DNA of 64,000 nt from Eubacteriales bacterium. Lineage in GTDB: Bacteria > Bacillota > Clostridia > Oscillospirales > CAG-272. Position 1 is the first letter of the stretch. Each line of letters starts with the position of its first letter. Made by a program: the position numbers and the translations under genes. The DNA lies in contig JAZSHY010000024.1 in the NCBI GenBank assembly GCA_045533505.1, positions 72,695-136,694 on the forward strand, written 5' to 3'. This document shows, piece by piece, positions 1 through 9,862 of the stretch. The notes under the pieces are model-generated. The model saw only the letters and a program-made list of their open reading frames with translations, searched no databases and was not told where the DNA came from.

Positions 1-815
1 CCGAGCGCGTCACAACTGTCAGCCCGCGATATGCCGAGGAGATAACCTCAGCGCCCTTCGGACAGGGGCTTGCCCCCTTCCTCTCCTCTCTTTCCCGTCC
101 CGTCCTGGGGATACTTAACGGGATAGACCTTTCCTTTTTTAATCCTTCAGATAAAAAATCCCTGCGGCGTCCCTATGGAGTTTCCTCCATCGAAGCGGGA
201 AAGACTTCGGCAAAAGAAGAGATTGCGGAGCTTTTATCCTTTCCTCTCCAAAAGGAGGCCCCGCTCCTTCTTGCCGTTACACGGCTGAGCGAAAGCAAGG
301 GAATCCCCCTTTTGCTTGAGGCGCTCCCGGGCCTCTTATCCTTGGGGACGCAGTTTATCCTTTTGGGGAGCGGCGAGCCGAGATATGAGCAGGCTTTTCG
401 TGAGCTTCAGGAAAGAAACAGGGAAAATGTGCGTGTTATTTTTCAGTTTGACAGAGAATTGTCAAAAAAACTTTACGCTTCCGCGGATATTTTTCTTATG
501 CCGTCCCGTTCCGAGCCGTGTGGACTTTCTCAGATGATCGCTTGCCGCTACGGAACGGTTCCGGTTGTGCGTTCTACGGGCGGCCTTGCCGACAGCATTG
601 TTCCCTTTGGTCATGAGGGAGGTTGTGGCTTTGTATTTTCCGCGTATCGCAGTGGGGCACTTTTTGATGCCGTGGCCGATGCTGTTGCCTTCTACCGTGC
701 TGACAGGAAAAAGTGGGATGCACTGCGGAGAAGCGGAATGAAAAAGGACTTTTCATGGAAATGTGCCGCCGAAAAGTATATCTCGCTTTATCGTGAACTA
801 TGGGAGGATACATGA
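1..815 (+). CDS. glgA: glycogen synthase, C-terminal part (5' end outside the window)
   Basis: Frame 3 is open from the window edge (ERVTTVSPRYAEEITS...) to TGA 813-815. Carries glycogen/starch synthase C-terminal motifs LMPSRSEPCGLSQM and YGTVPVVRSTGGLADS. Confidence 0.85.
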   Translation, partial: ERVTTVSPRYAEEITSAPFGQGLAPFLSSLSRPVLGILNGIDLSFFNPSDKKSLRRPYGVSSIEAGKTSAKEEIAELLSFPLQKEAPLLLAVTRLSESKGIPLLLEALPGLLSLGTQFILLGSGEPRYEQAFRELQERNRENVRVIFQFDRELSKKLYASADIFLMPSRSEPCGLSQMIACRYGTVPVVRSTGGLADSIVPFGHEGGCGFVFSAYRSGALFDAVADAVAFYRADRKKWDALRRSGMKKDFSWKCAAEKYISLYRELWEDT

Positions 816-3244
816 GAAAAAAAGCAAACGGTGATGCCCTTGATTTCGGCAAGCTTCTACGTGCCAAGCTTGCGGTAAGAGGGATTGTCTCTCTTGAAGA
901 GGCTTCGGCGCGCGAATGGTATCAGGCAACGGTTCTTTCGCTTCGTGAAATTCTTGAAGAGCGGTACCGTGCCTTCCGTGCGTCAACAGTAGCGGAGGGG
1001 AAAAAGCAGGTGGCGTATCTTTGTATGGAATTTTTAATCGGGCGCTCCCTTGTCTCGTATCTTGATGCCCTCTCGCTCAGAGAGGAGCTTTCGGAGGAGC
1101 TTTCGCGCTTCGGCTACACTGTGGAGGATATTGCCGCCAATGAACGTGACCCCGGCCTCGGGAACGGAGGTCTTGGCAGGCTTGCGGCCTGCTTTCTTGA
1201 TTCGCTATCGGCTCAAGGATACTCCGCCATTGGCTATTCTCTTTGCTATGAGGCAGGGCTTTTTCGCCAAAAGCTGGTTGACGGTGCCCAGGTTGAGCTT
1301 CCCGACGATTGGATTCCCGAGGGCGGGGCATTCTTGGTTCCGCGCCCCGAGGAGAGCGTGACGGTCCGTTTTGGCGGAATTATCGAAGAAAGCTGGGAGA
1401 ACGGGGGGTTGCACATTGTCCACAAGGAGTATGACCTTGTGCGTGCCGTGCCGTATGATATTTTTGTGGCAGGGAATGGGGGAAACACGGTCAATGTACT
1501 GCGCCTTTTCCGTGCGCGTGATGTGGCGCCGAAGCCGGATGGCAGCGAAAGCCAGGCGGGGTACGTCAAGGCACTGCTTTCCCATTCCGCCGCTGAGGCA
1601 CTGACGAAAAATCTCTATCCCCCCGACGAAACCGAGGAGGGAAAGCTCCTTCGCCTTTGCCAGCAGTATTTTTTGGTTTCGGCATCTGTGCAGAATATTA
1701 TCGCAGGGCATTTTGCCGAAGGGGAGGGGTTAGAGAGCCTTCCTCTTCGCGTGGCGGTGCACATTAACGATACCCACCCCGCCCTTGCGATTCCCGAGTG
1801 GATGCGTATTCTTATGGATGTGTATTCTTACTCCTGGGAGGACGCCTTCCGTATGGTGCGGGCTATGGTTACCTATACCAATCACACGGTATTGCCCGAG
1901 GCCCTTGAAACGTGGCGGCTTGATCTTTTCAGAGTTCGACTCCCAAGAATTTACAGCATCGTAGAGGAAATGAACCGTCGCTTTACCGCAGAGCTCTGGG
2001 AGGCCCACAAGGGTGATTGGGACAGGATTTCACGCATGGCGATTATTGCCTATGGGCAGGTGCGCATGGCGAATCTCTCGGTGGTAGGCTCCTCTGTCGT
2101 AAACGGAGTATCTAAGCTCCACACCGCTATCTTAAAAAGAACGGTTTTTGCCGATTTTTATCAGGAATATCCCGAGCGCTTTACGGGCGTTACCAACGGT
2201 ATCAGCCACCGCCGCTGGCTTCTTATGTCCAATCGCCGTCTTTGCGGCCTTCTGGATGAGGTTATAGGCAAGGAATACCGCAAGGAGCCCGAGGCCCTTG
2301 CCGCTCTTTACGAAAGGCGGGGAGATACGGCGCTTCTGGATAGACTTCTCACCATAAAAAGGAAAAACAAAGAAGATTTTTCGGATTTTCTCAAGGCTCG
2401 CGGCATTCGTCCCTTGGACACCTCCGCCGTCTTTGATGTGCAAATCAAGCGGATGCACGAATACAAGCGACAGCTTCTGAATCTTCTGAAAATCCTTTCC
2501 CTCTGGCAGGAAATGCGTGAGGAGCCGCACAGTGAGCGCCGCCCGATTCTCTTCCTTTTCGGAGCCAAGGCCGCCCCGGGTTATTATATGGCCAAGGAGC
2601 TTATCCGTCTTATTGTGGCAACCGGAAGGGAACTTGCCAAGGACCCCTGTGTGAGAGATGTTCTTCGCCTTGAATTTTGTGAGGAATATAACGTTACCAT
2701 GGCGGAGAGCCTTATACCCGCCGCCGATTTCAGTGAACAGATTTCCCTCGCCGGCAAGGAGGCAAGCGGAACTGGGTGCATGAAGCTTATGATGAACGGA
2801 GCCCTCACCGTAGGCACGCATGATGGGGCCAATGTAGAGATATGTGAGGCCGTGGGAGAAGAAAACATCTATATGTTCGGTCTTAAGGACAATGAGGTGG
2901 AGGCACTTTGGCGACAGGGGTATGATGCACGCTCCTATTACCGCGCATCGACACGCCTGCGCGCCGCGGTAGACCGCCTCTATTATCCTATGGATGGGCA
3001 GGATTTTTCGCACATTGCCGATTATTTGATTGCCGGTGCCTCTGCCATTTCCGATCCCTATATGTGCCTCGCTGATTTTGAGTCTTACCGCACGGTATAC
3101 GACACGGCCCTCGTTGAATATGAAAAGAAGCATGTCTTTGCGGAAAAATCTCTTATCAACATTGCAAGGTCGGGGCGATTTTCTGCAGATCGCAGCATAA
3201 GGGAATATGCCGAAAGAATATGGCACCTTGGGAGGGGGAGCTGA
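812..3244 (+). CDS. glgP: glycogen/maltodextrin phosphorylase (GT35)
   Basis: GT35 hallmarks GLGNGGLGRLAACFLDS and the PLP-Lys region EASGTGCMKLMMNGA. ATG 812 follows GGAGG and overlaps the glgA stop (ATGA); the track ORF starts at 800. Confidence 0.9.
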   Translation: MRKKANGDALDFGKLLRAKLAVRGIVSLEEASAREWYQATVLSLREILEERYRAFRASTVAEGKKQVAYLCMEFLIGRSLVSYLDALSLREELSEELSRFGYTVEDIAANERDPGLGNGGLGRLAACFLDSLSAQGYSAIGYSLCYEAGLFRQKLVDGAQVELPDDWIPEGGAFLVPRPEESVTVRFGGIIEESWENGGLHIVHKEYDLVRAVPYDIFVAGNGGNTVNVLRLFRARDVAPKPDGSESQAGYVKALLSHSAAEALTKNLYPPDETEEGKLLRLCQQYFLVSASVQNIIAGHFAEGEGLESLPLRVAVHINDTHPALAIPEWMRILMDVYSYSWEDAFRMVRAMVTYTNHTVLPEALETWRLDLFRVRLPRIYSIVEEMNRRFTAELWEAHKGDWDRISRMAIIAYGQVRMANLSVVGSSVVNGVSKLHTAILKRTVFADFYQEYPERFTGVTNGISHRRWLLMSNRRLCGLLDEVIGKEYRKEPEALAALYERRGDTALLDRLLTIKRKNKEDFSDFLKARGIRPLDTSAVFDVQIKRMHEYKRQLLNLLKILSLWQEMREEPHSERRPILFLFGAKAAPGYYMAKELIRLIVATGRELAKDPCVRDVLRLEFCEEYNVTMAESLIPAADFSEQISLAGKEASGTGCMKLMMNGALTVGTHDGANVEICEAVGEENIYMFGLKDNEVEALWRQGYDARSYYRASTRLRAAVDRLYYPMDGQDFSHIADYLIAGASAISDPYMCLADFESYRTVYDTALVEYEKKHVFAEKSLINIARSGRFSADRSIREYAERIWHLGRGS

Positions 3245-5193
3245 TGCTGGATTGCCTTCTCCTTCGTGATGAAAATATCCTGTGGGCAGAGGGCGAGGTT
3301 CGACTCCTTTCGAATGGAGGCGCTCTTTTTGAAAACGCAGCACCGTGCGGCTCTCCACCCACAATTTCCGTGTGCTTGCCATGGTGCCTCGGAGCCACCT
3401 CCTTGTATTGCATTTTTGTGACGGACGACGGAGAGGTGGCTCGCTGCCGTATGCGATACCGAGGGCTGCATTTTGGCATGGACCTTTACGAATGTCCGTG
3501 CCCCCATCTTCCCGCAGGGCTTTATTGGTATTCCTTCCTCGTGGAAGGTGCGTTGGGAAGATACTACGGTATGCGTGCGGCAGGCGCAAAAAAGATATCC
3601 TTTTCGAGAATTGAGTGCGGTGCCCATTTTCAATTGACCTTGACGGATTGGACTACGCCCATGCCCAAGGAGTTTCTCGGCGGTGTCATATATCATATTT
3701 TTGTTGACCGTTTTTTTCGCGTTGGCAATCCCGAGGTGAAGCCGGGGGCCATCCTCCGTACCGATTGGGAGGATGGAATCCCCACCTATCCTTCGGTCTC
3801 CGGGGGGCATCTTGAGAACAACGATTTTTTCGGAGGGACTCTCGACGGCATCACGGAAAAGCTCGGGTTCCTTCAGACTCTTGGCGTAAATTGCCTATAC
3901 CTCTCCCCTGTTTTTGAGGCCTATTCAAACCATAAATATGATACGGGTGATTACAGAAGGGTAGATGCCATGTTTGGCGGAGATGAGGCTCTTTTGCGTC
4001 TTCTTGACGCGGCAGCTCGCCGTAAAATGCGGGTAATTCTTGACGGGGTTTTCAATCACACGGGTTCTCAAAGCCTGTATTTTAACAAAAAGGGGGATTA
4101 TCCCTCGATAGGTGCGTATCAGTCCAAGGAATCTCCCTACTATGAATGGTATTCCTTTTCGAGCCACCCTGACAACTATGAATCCTGGTGGGGAATTGAC
4201 ACCTTGCCAAGGCTTACACACACCTCTCCCTCCCTACATGAGTTCTTTTTGGGAGAAGACGGGATAGTGGCCCACTATGCTTCGCTTGGAATCGGCGGAT
4301 TTCGTCTTGATGTAGCTGATGAGCTTACCGATGAGTTTATAGCTGAGGTAAAGGCGTGCCTTTCCTCCCGTCTCCCTACGGCGGTTCTTTATGGCGAGGT
4401 ATGGGAGGATGCTTCTCACAAGGTATCTTACGGGAAACGCAGAAAATATTATTTAGGGCACGAGCTTGATGGGGTGATGAATTATCCGCTTCGACAGGGG
4501 CTTATCGCCTTCTTTCGTCACGGTGATACTGCGCCCTTATCCTATGCGTTGACTGAGGTTCTGCCCAATATGCCTCCTCGTGCTGCCCACCTCGCCATGA
4601 ATTTGCTTGGCACGCACGATACCGAGCGCATTCTCACAGCCCTTGTCGCCGAGGAGGCAGGTGGGCGAAGCCCAAAGGAGCTTGCCGAGTATCGGCTTCC
4701 TCCCCGCGAATATAAGCGTGGACGCAGCCTCACGGCTCTTGCCTATCTTGTTCTCGCAACGCTTCCCGGTATTCCCGCCATCTTTTATGGGGATGAGGTG
4801 GGGATGCAGGGCTATCGGGATCCCTTGAACCGAGGCCCATACCCATGGCACAGACAGGATAGGGTTCTTCTCTCTGCTTTTCGCCGTATCGGAAATATGA
4901 GGAGAAGGGAAACGGTGTTTCGGGAGGGCGGCTTCCGCCTTTTGCTTTTAAGGCCTACAGTATTGGCCTTTTGCCGCTTTCAGGGCAAGAGGCGCATTCT
5001 TGTGGTGGCCAACCGAGGGGAGGGTGCTGTTCTTTTGCGTTTTGACCGCCCTACGGTATGTCTTTACGGAGATGGGAGGATAGCCGAAAGATATAGCATT
5101 CCCTCACTGGACGGTGCCGTATATTTGAGTACCCAAGGAACTGTGCTCCGTATATGCCTTGATACGGGCGAGGAAATCTTTTTCGATGAATAA
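3244..5193 (+). CDS. GH13 alpha-amylase family glycosidase (neopullulanase/cyclomaltodextrinase-like)
   Basis: GH13 conserved regions occur in order: VILDGVFNHT, GFRLDVADE, LYGEVWED, LLGTHDTERI. There is an extra N-terminal domain of about 150 aa. ATG 3244 overlaps the glgP stop (TGATG) after GGGAGGGGGAG. Confidence 0.8.
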   Translation: MLDCLLLRDENILWAEGEVRLLSNGGALFENAAPCGSPPTISVCLPWCLGATSLYCIFVTDDGEVARCRMRYRGLHFGMDLYECPCPHLPAGLYWYSFLVEGALGRYYGMRAAGAKKISFSRIECGAHFQLTLTDWTTPMPKEFLGGVIYHIFVDRFFRVGNPEVKPGAILRTDWEDGIPTYPSVSGGHLENNDFFGGTLDGITEKLGFLQTLGVNCLYLSPVFEAYSNHKYDTGDYRRVDAMFGGDEALLRLLDAAARRKMRVILDGVFNHTGSQSLYFNKKGDYPSIGAYQSKESPYYEWYSFSSHPDNYESWWGIDTLPRLTHTSPSLHEFFLGEDGIVAHYASLGIGGFRLDVADELTDEFIAEVKACLSSRLPTAVLYGEVWEDASHKVSYGKRRKYYLGHELDGVMNYPLRQGLIAFFRHGDTAPLSYALTEVLPNMPPRAAHLAMNLLGTHDTERILTALVAEEAGGRSPKELAEYRLPPREYKRGRSLTALAYLVLATLPGIPAIFYGDEVGMQGYRDPLNRGPYPWHRQDRVLLSAFRRIGNMRRRETVFREGGFRLLLLRPTVLAFCRFQGKRRILVVANRGEGAVLLRFDRPTVCLYGDGRIAERYSIPSLDGAVYLSTQGTVLRICLDTGEEIFFDE

Positions 5194-5222
5194 AAAAGCG
5201 GCAAATTTGCCGCTTTTCTTTT
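5192..5222. terminator. bidirectional hairpin terminator between convergent genes
   Basis: Stem AGCGGCAAA/TTTGCCGCT is flanked by an A-run on the left and a T-run on the right. Confidence 0.7.
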
Positions 5223-5233
5223 GCAAAACTGCG

Positions 5234-6358
5234 TTATGCCTGTCTTAGAACATCGGAAAGCACGTTCAAAAAGACAGCCGCCTCGGAGAAACGGTTCCCA
5301 TATCCTATGCTGACCCGCACACAGCCTCCCACGGGTGTTCCCACGGTGCGGTGGGCAAGCGGGGCACAGTGATAGCCTGCCCGCACACAGATTCCGTGCT
5401 CATCCAAGCGATGCGCAATCTCGTCGGGAGAGAGTAGCTCGTGACAAAAGGCAATAAGATTTTTTCCCACCGATTCTTCAAAAAGGCGCACGCCCCGAAT
5501 GTCCTTCATTCCGTTTGCGATTTCCTCGCGAATGGCATTTTCACGCTTCGATATTGTCGCAATTCCTTCGCGTTCAAGAAGCCAGAGTCCCTCACGGAGA
5601 GCCGCGATGGCGGGAACGGGAAGTGTGCCTGCCTCATAACGCTCGGGCATGGTTTTTGGCATGGTGAGCGAAAGCGAATCCACGCCGCTTCCTCCTGTTA
5701 TAAAGGGCGCGCGCTCTCCGTCGGGGGAGAGAATGGCAAATCCGAGTCCGGGAACGCCGAGCAGCCCCTTGTGCGCAGGAGCACAAAAGGCATCGCAAGG
5801 AAAGGTGGCAAGGCTTATGGGGGTATAGCCTGCGCTCTGTGCCGCATCGACTACAAAATAAAGTTTCTTTTTTTTACAAAAGGCGCCGATTTCCGCAATC
5901 GGAAGGGTGAAGCCCGTGACATTCGAGATGTGACAGGCTATAACCATTTTGGTGTTGGGGCGAAGCAGGCTTTCTATGGCGTCTATCACGTTCCCGTTTG
6001 TGGGGTAAATGTCATAGGAAATACCCGCGTCGGAGCGAAGCTGCTCTACGGTCCTCAGCACGGCATTATGCTCGCGGTCACTGATGAGCAGATGTGTCCC
6101 TCGCGTAACGCGCGTGCGGATAGCGAGATTGATTGCCATGGTGGCTCCTGAGGTAAAGACAACTCTTTCCGGGGTATCTACGCAAAAGGCATCGGCAATC
6201 GCGGCGCGACAGTCATACACCATTTCTGCGCTCGCGAGAGAAAGACGGTGAGCCCCACGGCCAGGATTCCCTCCAAAAAGAGAGAGGGCATTCGAGAGAG
6301 CTTTTGTTACGGAGTGGGGTTTAGGGAAGGATGTTGCGGCATTGTCGAAATATATCAT
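5234..6358 (-). CDS. cysteine desulfurase family, class-V aminotransferase fold
   Basis: 374 aa. PLP-Lys context APAHKGLLG and a C-terminal RAGYHCAP motif (SufS/CsdA-type active-site Cys loop). Confidence 0.8.
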   Translation of the reverse strand: MIYFDNAATSFPKPHSVTKALSNALSLFGGNPGRGAHRLSLASAEMVYDCRAAIADAFCVDTPERVVFTSGATMAINLAIRTRVTRGTHLLISDREHNAVLRTVEQLRSDAGISYDIYPTNGNVIDAIESLLRPNTKMVIACHISNVTGFTLPIAEIGAFCKKKKLYFVVDAAQSAGYTPISLATFPCDAFCAPAHKGLLGVPGLGFAILSPDGERAPFITGGSGVDSLSLTMPKTMPERYEAGTLPVPAIAALREGLWLLEREGIATISKRENAIREEIANGMKDIRGVRLFEESVGKNLIAFCHELLSPDEIAHRLDEHGICVRAGYHCAPLAHRTVGTPVGGCVRVSIGYGNRFSEAAVFLNVLSDVLRQA

Positions 6359-6564
6359 AATACCTTGCGTACGGGGATTCCCGCTTGCCTGAGGCAGGAG
6401 AGGGCATCCAAATACAGGCTCTCAGGTACTTCGACACCGTAGGCACAGCCCTCCTCCTTTTCGGCAGAGGTGTTTTTTACAATTCTTGCACGGATATTGC
6501 TACGCAGCAATAAGCGCTTGGCTTTTTGCGCATAGGTGACAGAGCCTATAACGATGGTTCGCAT
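6355..6564 (-). CDS. DUF3343-like small protein (putative S/Se carrier partner of the desulfurase)
   Basis: 69 aa with an AAAGGAG RBS. Its stop overlaps the desulfurase start (ATGA). Size and sequence pattern resemble the DUF3343 family often found beside desulfurases; this is from memory, not searched. Confidence 0.5.
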   Translation of the reverse strand: MRTIVIGSVTYAQKAKRLLLRSNIRARIVKNTSAEKEEGCAYGVEVPESLYLDALSCLRQAGIPVRKVL

Positions 6565-6700
6565 AAGGCTTCAACTCCTTTCTCGGTACGCATTAGCAGT
6601 ATATGACGGGGAAAAGCTCGCTGTGCCGCAGAATGACGGAGGAGAGAAAGGATTCTCTTTTAAAATTCGTTGGGAATTTAGGAAAAACTTTTCCTATCTA

Positions 6701-6729
6701 TGGACAAATTCCCTAAGATGTGTTATACT
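6701..6729 (+). promoter_or_regulatory. sigma-A type promoter for the MBL hydrolase gene
   Basis: TGGACA, 17-nt spacer, TATACT, with a TG extended -10 element (TGtTATACT). Confidence 0.5.
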
Positions 6730-6759
6730 GAATAAGTATACAGGTAAGGAGGGGATATT

Positions 6760-7380
6760 TTGCGGATTCAAAGTTTTTATTTCGGTTCATACGCTTCCAA
6801 TCTTTACCTTGTGACCGATGATGCCGGTGAGGCCACGGTCCTTATAGACCCCTCTCTCTCCCCCAAACGGATTGAGTCGAAAATCGGTAAGCTTCCCTCT
6901 ATCGACACGATTGTGCTTACGCATGGTCATTTTGACCACATGCTGGCGCTTGAGGAATGGAGAAGGGAGACGGGAGCCCCCGTGGCCATTCACACGGCGG
7001 ACGCCTTATCGCTTCAAAACCCATCTCTTTCCTGCTACCGTCAGTTTTTGGGTGAGGATGTGTGTCATTCCCCTGCCGAGATTCTTCTTGGCGACGGTGA
7101 CCGTATCCGTGTCGGTGGGGAAGAGCTAACCGTTCTTTCTACTCCGGGGCATACCCCGGGGAGCATTGTGTTGGATACGGGAGAACATATCATAACAGGA
7201 GATACGGTATTTGCGGAGGGCGGATACGGGCGTTGTGACCTGCCGGGGGGAGACAGCAACGAGTTGCTTGCCTCGCTCCGCCGCGTGCTTTCTCTTTCGG
7301 GAGAGCGGCGTCTTTATCCCGGGCACGGGGGCGAAACCCTTCTCAGTGAAGCAAAAATAAATTTTTTATACTTGATGTGA
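6760..7380 (+). CDS. MBL-fold metallo-hydrolase (glyoxalase II-like)
   Basis: THGHFDH zinc motif, plus a later GHTPGS and a terminal PGHG. TTG start sits 7 nt after AAGGAGGGG. Confidence 0.75.
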   Translation: MRIQSFYFGSYASNLYLVTDDAGEATVLIDPSLSPKRIESKIGKLPSIDTIVLTHGHFDHMLALEEWRRETGAPVAIHTADALSLQNPSLSCYRQFLGEDVCHSPAEILLGDGDRIRVGGEELTVLSTPGHTPGSIVLDTGEHIITGDTVFAEGGYGRCDLPGGDSNELLASLRRVLSLSGERRLYPGHGGETLLSEAKINFLYLM

Positions 7381-7389
7381 GGATGCAAG

Positions 7390-9039
7390 ATGGACGAAAT
7401 CAAGTCAAATTTTATACACGATATCATTGATGCCGATTTGGCGGAAAACCCGGAGCTTCGGGTGCATACCCGCTTCCCCCCCGAGCCGAATGGCTATCTG
7501 CACATCGGAAGCACTAAGGCTATCTTAATCAATGCCAATATTGCGAAGAAGTACGGCGGTCTTTTCAATCTCCGCTATGACGATACCAATCCTGCCAAAG
7601 AGGACAATGAGTATGTGGAATCCATTTACCGTGACCTTGAGTGGCTCGGCTGCCTGCCGACGGGAGGTGTCTATTACGGCTCGGACTATTTTGACCGGTG
7701 TTATGAGTTTGCGCTGAAGCTGATTCGCGAGGGCAAGGCCTATGTCTGCGACCTTTCTCCCGATGAAATGCGGGAGTACCGCGGAACACTGACGGAGCCA
7801 GGGCGTAACAGCCCTTGGCGTAACCGTACGGTAGAAGAGAACCTGGAGCTTTTTGAGAGAATGAAGAACGGCGAGTTCCCGGACGGTGCCAAAACGCTGC
7901 GCGCGAAAATCGATATGGCATCTCCCAATCTCAATTTGCGCGACCCCGCTATCTACCGTATCGTTCATAAGGAGCATCACCGTCAGGGAAACAAATGGTG
8001 TATTTATCCGCTTTACGACTATGCTCATCCCATTCAGGATGCGCTTGAGGGAATCACGCATTCGCTTTGCTCGATTGAATTTGAAAATCATAGACCTCTT
8101 TACGATTGGGTGGTAAACAACATCGGCTTTGAAAAGAAGCCGCATCAGTATGAGTTTGCGCGCCTCAACGTCACGCACACCGTGATGAGCAAGAGATATT
8201 TGCGTCAGCTTGTGGAAACCGGGCTTGTTGACGGGTGGGATGACCCCCGTATGCCAACGCTGTGCGGCTTGCGCCGCCGTGGCTATACTCCGTCCTCACT
8301 TTTTGATTTTATAGAGCGCGCCGGCGTGGCTAAGGCGTACAGTGTGGTAGACTACGAGCTTCTTGAGCACTGCATCCGCGAGGAGCTGAACGAGACGGCA
8401 CCCCGCCGCATCGCTATTTTGCACCCTGTCCGTGTGGTAATTGACAACTATCCTGAGGATAAAACCGAATATTTTTCCCTGCCAAACCATCCGCAGCATC
8501 CCGAGCTCGGCACGCGTGACATTCTTTTCACCCGTGAGCTTTATATTGATGCTGATGACTTTGAGGAGGTGCCGCCGCCCAAGTTCTTCCGTATGAAGCC
8601 GGGGGGAGAGGTTCGGCTTATGGGGGCCTATATTGTCCGTTGCAACGAGGTCGTTCGCGACAGCGAGGGCAACCTGCTTGAAATTCACTGCACCGCCGAC
8701 CTTGAAACGGGGAACGGGATGCCGGCTGACGGACGCAAGATTAAGGGGACCATTCAATGGGTTTCCGCAGCCAATGCCAAGGACATTACCGTCAGGCTCT
8801 ACGGGCATCTTTTCACCATAGAAAATACAGCCGAGATCCCCGAAGGGAAGAGCTATGGCGACTATCTCAACACGGAGTCTGTTGTGCAGCTTGAAGGCTG
8901 CAAGGCAGAGCCGTCTCTTACCGATGCGGCCCCGGAGGATAAGTTCCAGTTCGTAAGAACGGGCTATTTTGTGAAGGATACCAAATACGAGGATACCTTT
9001 AACCGCATTGTCGGGCTCAAGGACAGTTATAAGGCGTAA
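7390..9039 (+). CDS. glnS: glutamine--tRNA ligase
   Basis: Class I signatures HIGS (HIGH) and VMSKR (KMSKS). At 549 aa with a C-terminal beta-barrel-type region, it fits GlnRS rather than GluRS. Confidence 0.85.
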   Translation: MDEIKSNFIHDIIDADLAENPELRVHTRFPPEPNGYLHIGSTKAILINANIAKKYGGLFNLRYDDTNPAKEDNEYVESIYRDLEWLGCLPTGGVYYGSDYFDRCYEFALKLIREGKAYVCDLSPDEMREYRGTLTEPGRNSPWRNRTVEENLELFERMKNGEFPDGAKTLRAKIDMASPNLNLRDPAIYRIVHKEHHRQGNKWCIYPLYDYAHPIQDALEGITHSLCSIEFENHRPLYDWVVNNIGFEKKPHQYEFARLNVTHTVMSKRYLRQLVETGLVDGWDDPRMPTLCGLRRRGYTPSSLFDFIERAGVAKAYSVVDYELLEHCIREELNETAPRRIAILHPVRVVIDNYPEDKTEYFSLPNHPQHPELGTRDILFTRELYIDADDFEEVPPPKFFRMKPGGEVRLMGAYIVRCNEVVRDSEGNLLEIHCTADLETGNGMPADGRKIKGTIQWVSAANAKDITVRLYGHLFTIENTAEIPEGKSYGDYLNTESVVQLEGCKAEPSLTDAAPEDKFQFVRTGYFVKDTKYEDTFNRIVGLKDSYKA

Positions 9040-9059
9040 AGGCTCCTCATAGACTTTTT

Positions 9060-9791
9060 ATGGGAATGCGCTTTATCAGGCTGCTTCGTGACCTCTTGTT
9101 TGTGCCTCGGTGCGCAGGCTGTGGACAGCGTCTCGCACCCGGCTCCCCCATTCTTTGCGATACCTGTGCATTGCGGTATGCGCTTGCCAAGGATGAGATC
9201 TGTCTTGCTTGCGGTCATAGGATTTCCTCCTGTTCCTGTAGCGGTACTGCGCTCAAGACTCACGGCGTGAAAAAACTTTACAAGCTGTTTCGGTACCATC
9301 CGCGTGACACCGAAAGTGTGCAAAACCGTATGCTGTACTTGCTCAAGCACCGCGCGGTACGCGATGTTGTTTCCTTCTTTGCCACGGAGCTTGCCGAGAG
9401 GCTGGATGACAAAGCATTCGGGGATAAGACCGCTTTGCTTATCACCTACGCGCCGAGGAGCCGTGCGGCGGTAAAGCGGTGGGGCTTTGACCATATGGAG
9501 CTTCTCGCCCGCGCACTGGCAGAAGAGCTCGGTGCCGAGTTTGCGCCGTTGCTTGCACGTCGCAAGGGGCGTGAGCAGAAAAAGCGGCACGGCATAGGTG
9601 CGCGGTATGCCAATATGAAGGATGCCTTTACTTATGTCGGAGGAGCTTCGCTTGAGGGGCGCAGAATCGTCCTTCTTGACGATATTTCCACAAGCGGTGC
9701 CACGCTGGCGTCGGCAGCCAAGCTTATAAGAAGTCATGGCGGGCGGCGCATTGTATTTCTTGTGCTTGGTGTTACTGTGCGTGAGAGATAA
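9060..9791 (+). CDS. comFC: ComF-family phosphoribosyltransferase-like competence protein
   Basis: N-terminal CxxC...CxxC zinc-finger-like pairs and a C-terminal PRTase loop VLLDDISTSGAT. Confidence 0.75.
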   Translation: MGMRFIRLLRDLLFVPRCAGCGQRLAPGSPILCDTCALRYALAKDEICLACGHRISSCSCSGTALKTHGVKKLYKLFRYHPRDTESVQNRMLYLLKHRAVRDVVSFFATELAERLDDKAFGDKTALLITYAPRSRAAVKRWGFDHMELLARALAEELGAEFAPLLARRKGREQKKRHGIGARYANMKDAFTYVGGASLEGRRIVLLDDISTSGATLASAAKLIRSHGGRRIVFLVLGVTVRER

Positions 9792-9798
9792 TCATAAG

Positions 9799-9850
9799 AA
9801 AAGCGGAGAAAGAGAGCGCATAGGTTGCGCGTGCTCTTTCTCCGCTTTTT
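9799..9850. terminator. bidirectional hairpin terminator (comF / nadE convergent)
   Basis: Long stem GCGGAGAAAGAGAGCGC / GCGTGCTCTTTCTCCGC with an A-run and a T-run on the flanks. Confidence 0.7.
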
Positions 9851-9862
9851 ATGGATTCCTCA

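Noticed and set aside
2132-3589. A 485-aa ORF antisense to glgP/GH13. Similar long antisense ORFs occur at 34181-35137 (+), 52832-54022 (-), 54574-55548 (-), 58529-59317 (-), 60710-61546 (-) and 15415-16200 (-).
   Set aside because: Each lies fully opposite a gene with strong family motifs. Their translations are low-complexity, Arg/Pro/Gly-rich and motif-free. Such shadow ORFs are expected in moderately GC-rich coding DNA.
7390-9039. GlnRS in a Firmicute, considered as possible horizontal acquisition.
   Set aside because: Clostridia commonly encode GlnRS (established knowledge). The gene sits in ordinary core context with no compositional oddity visible.
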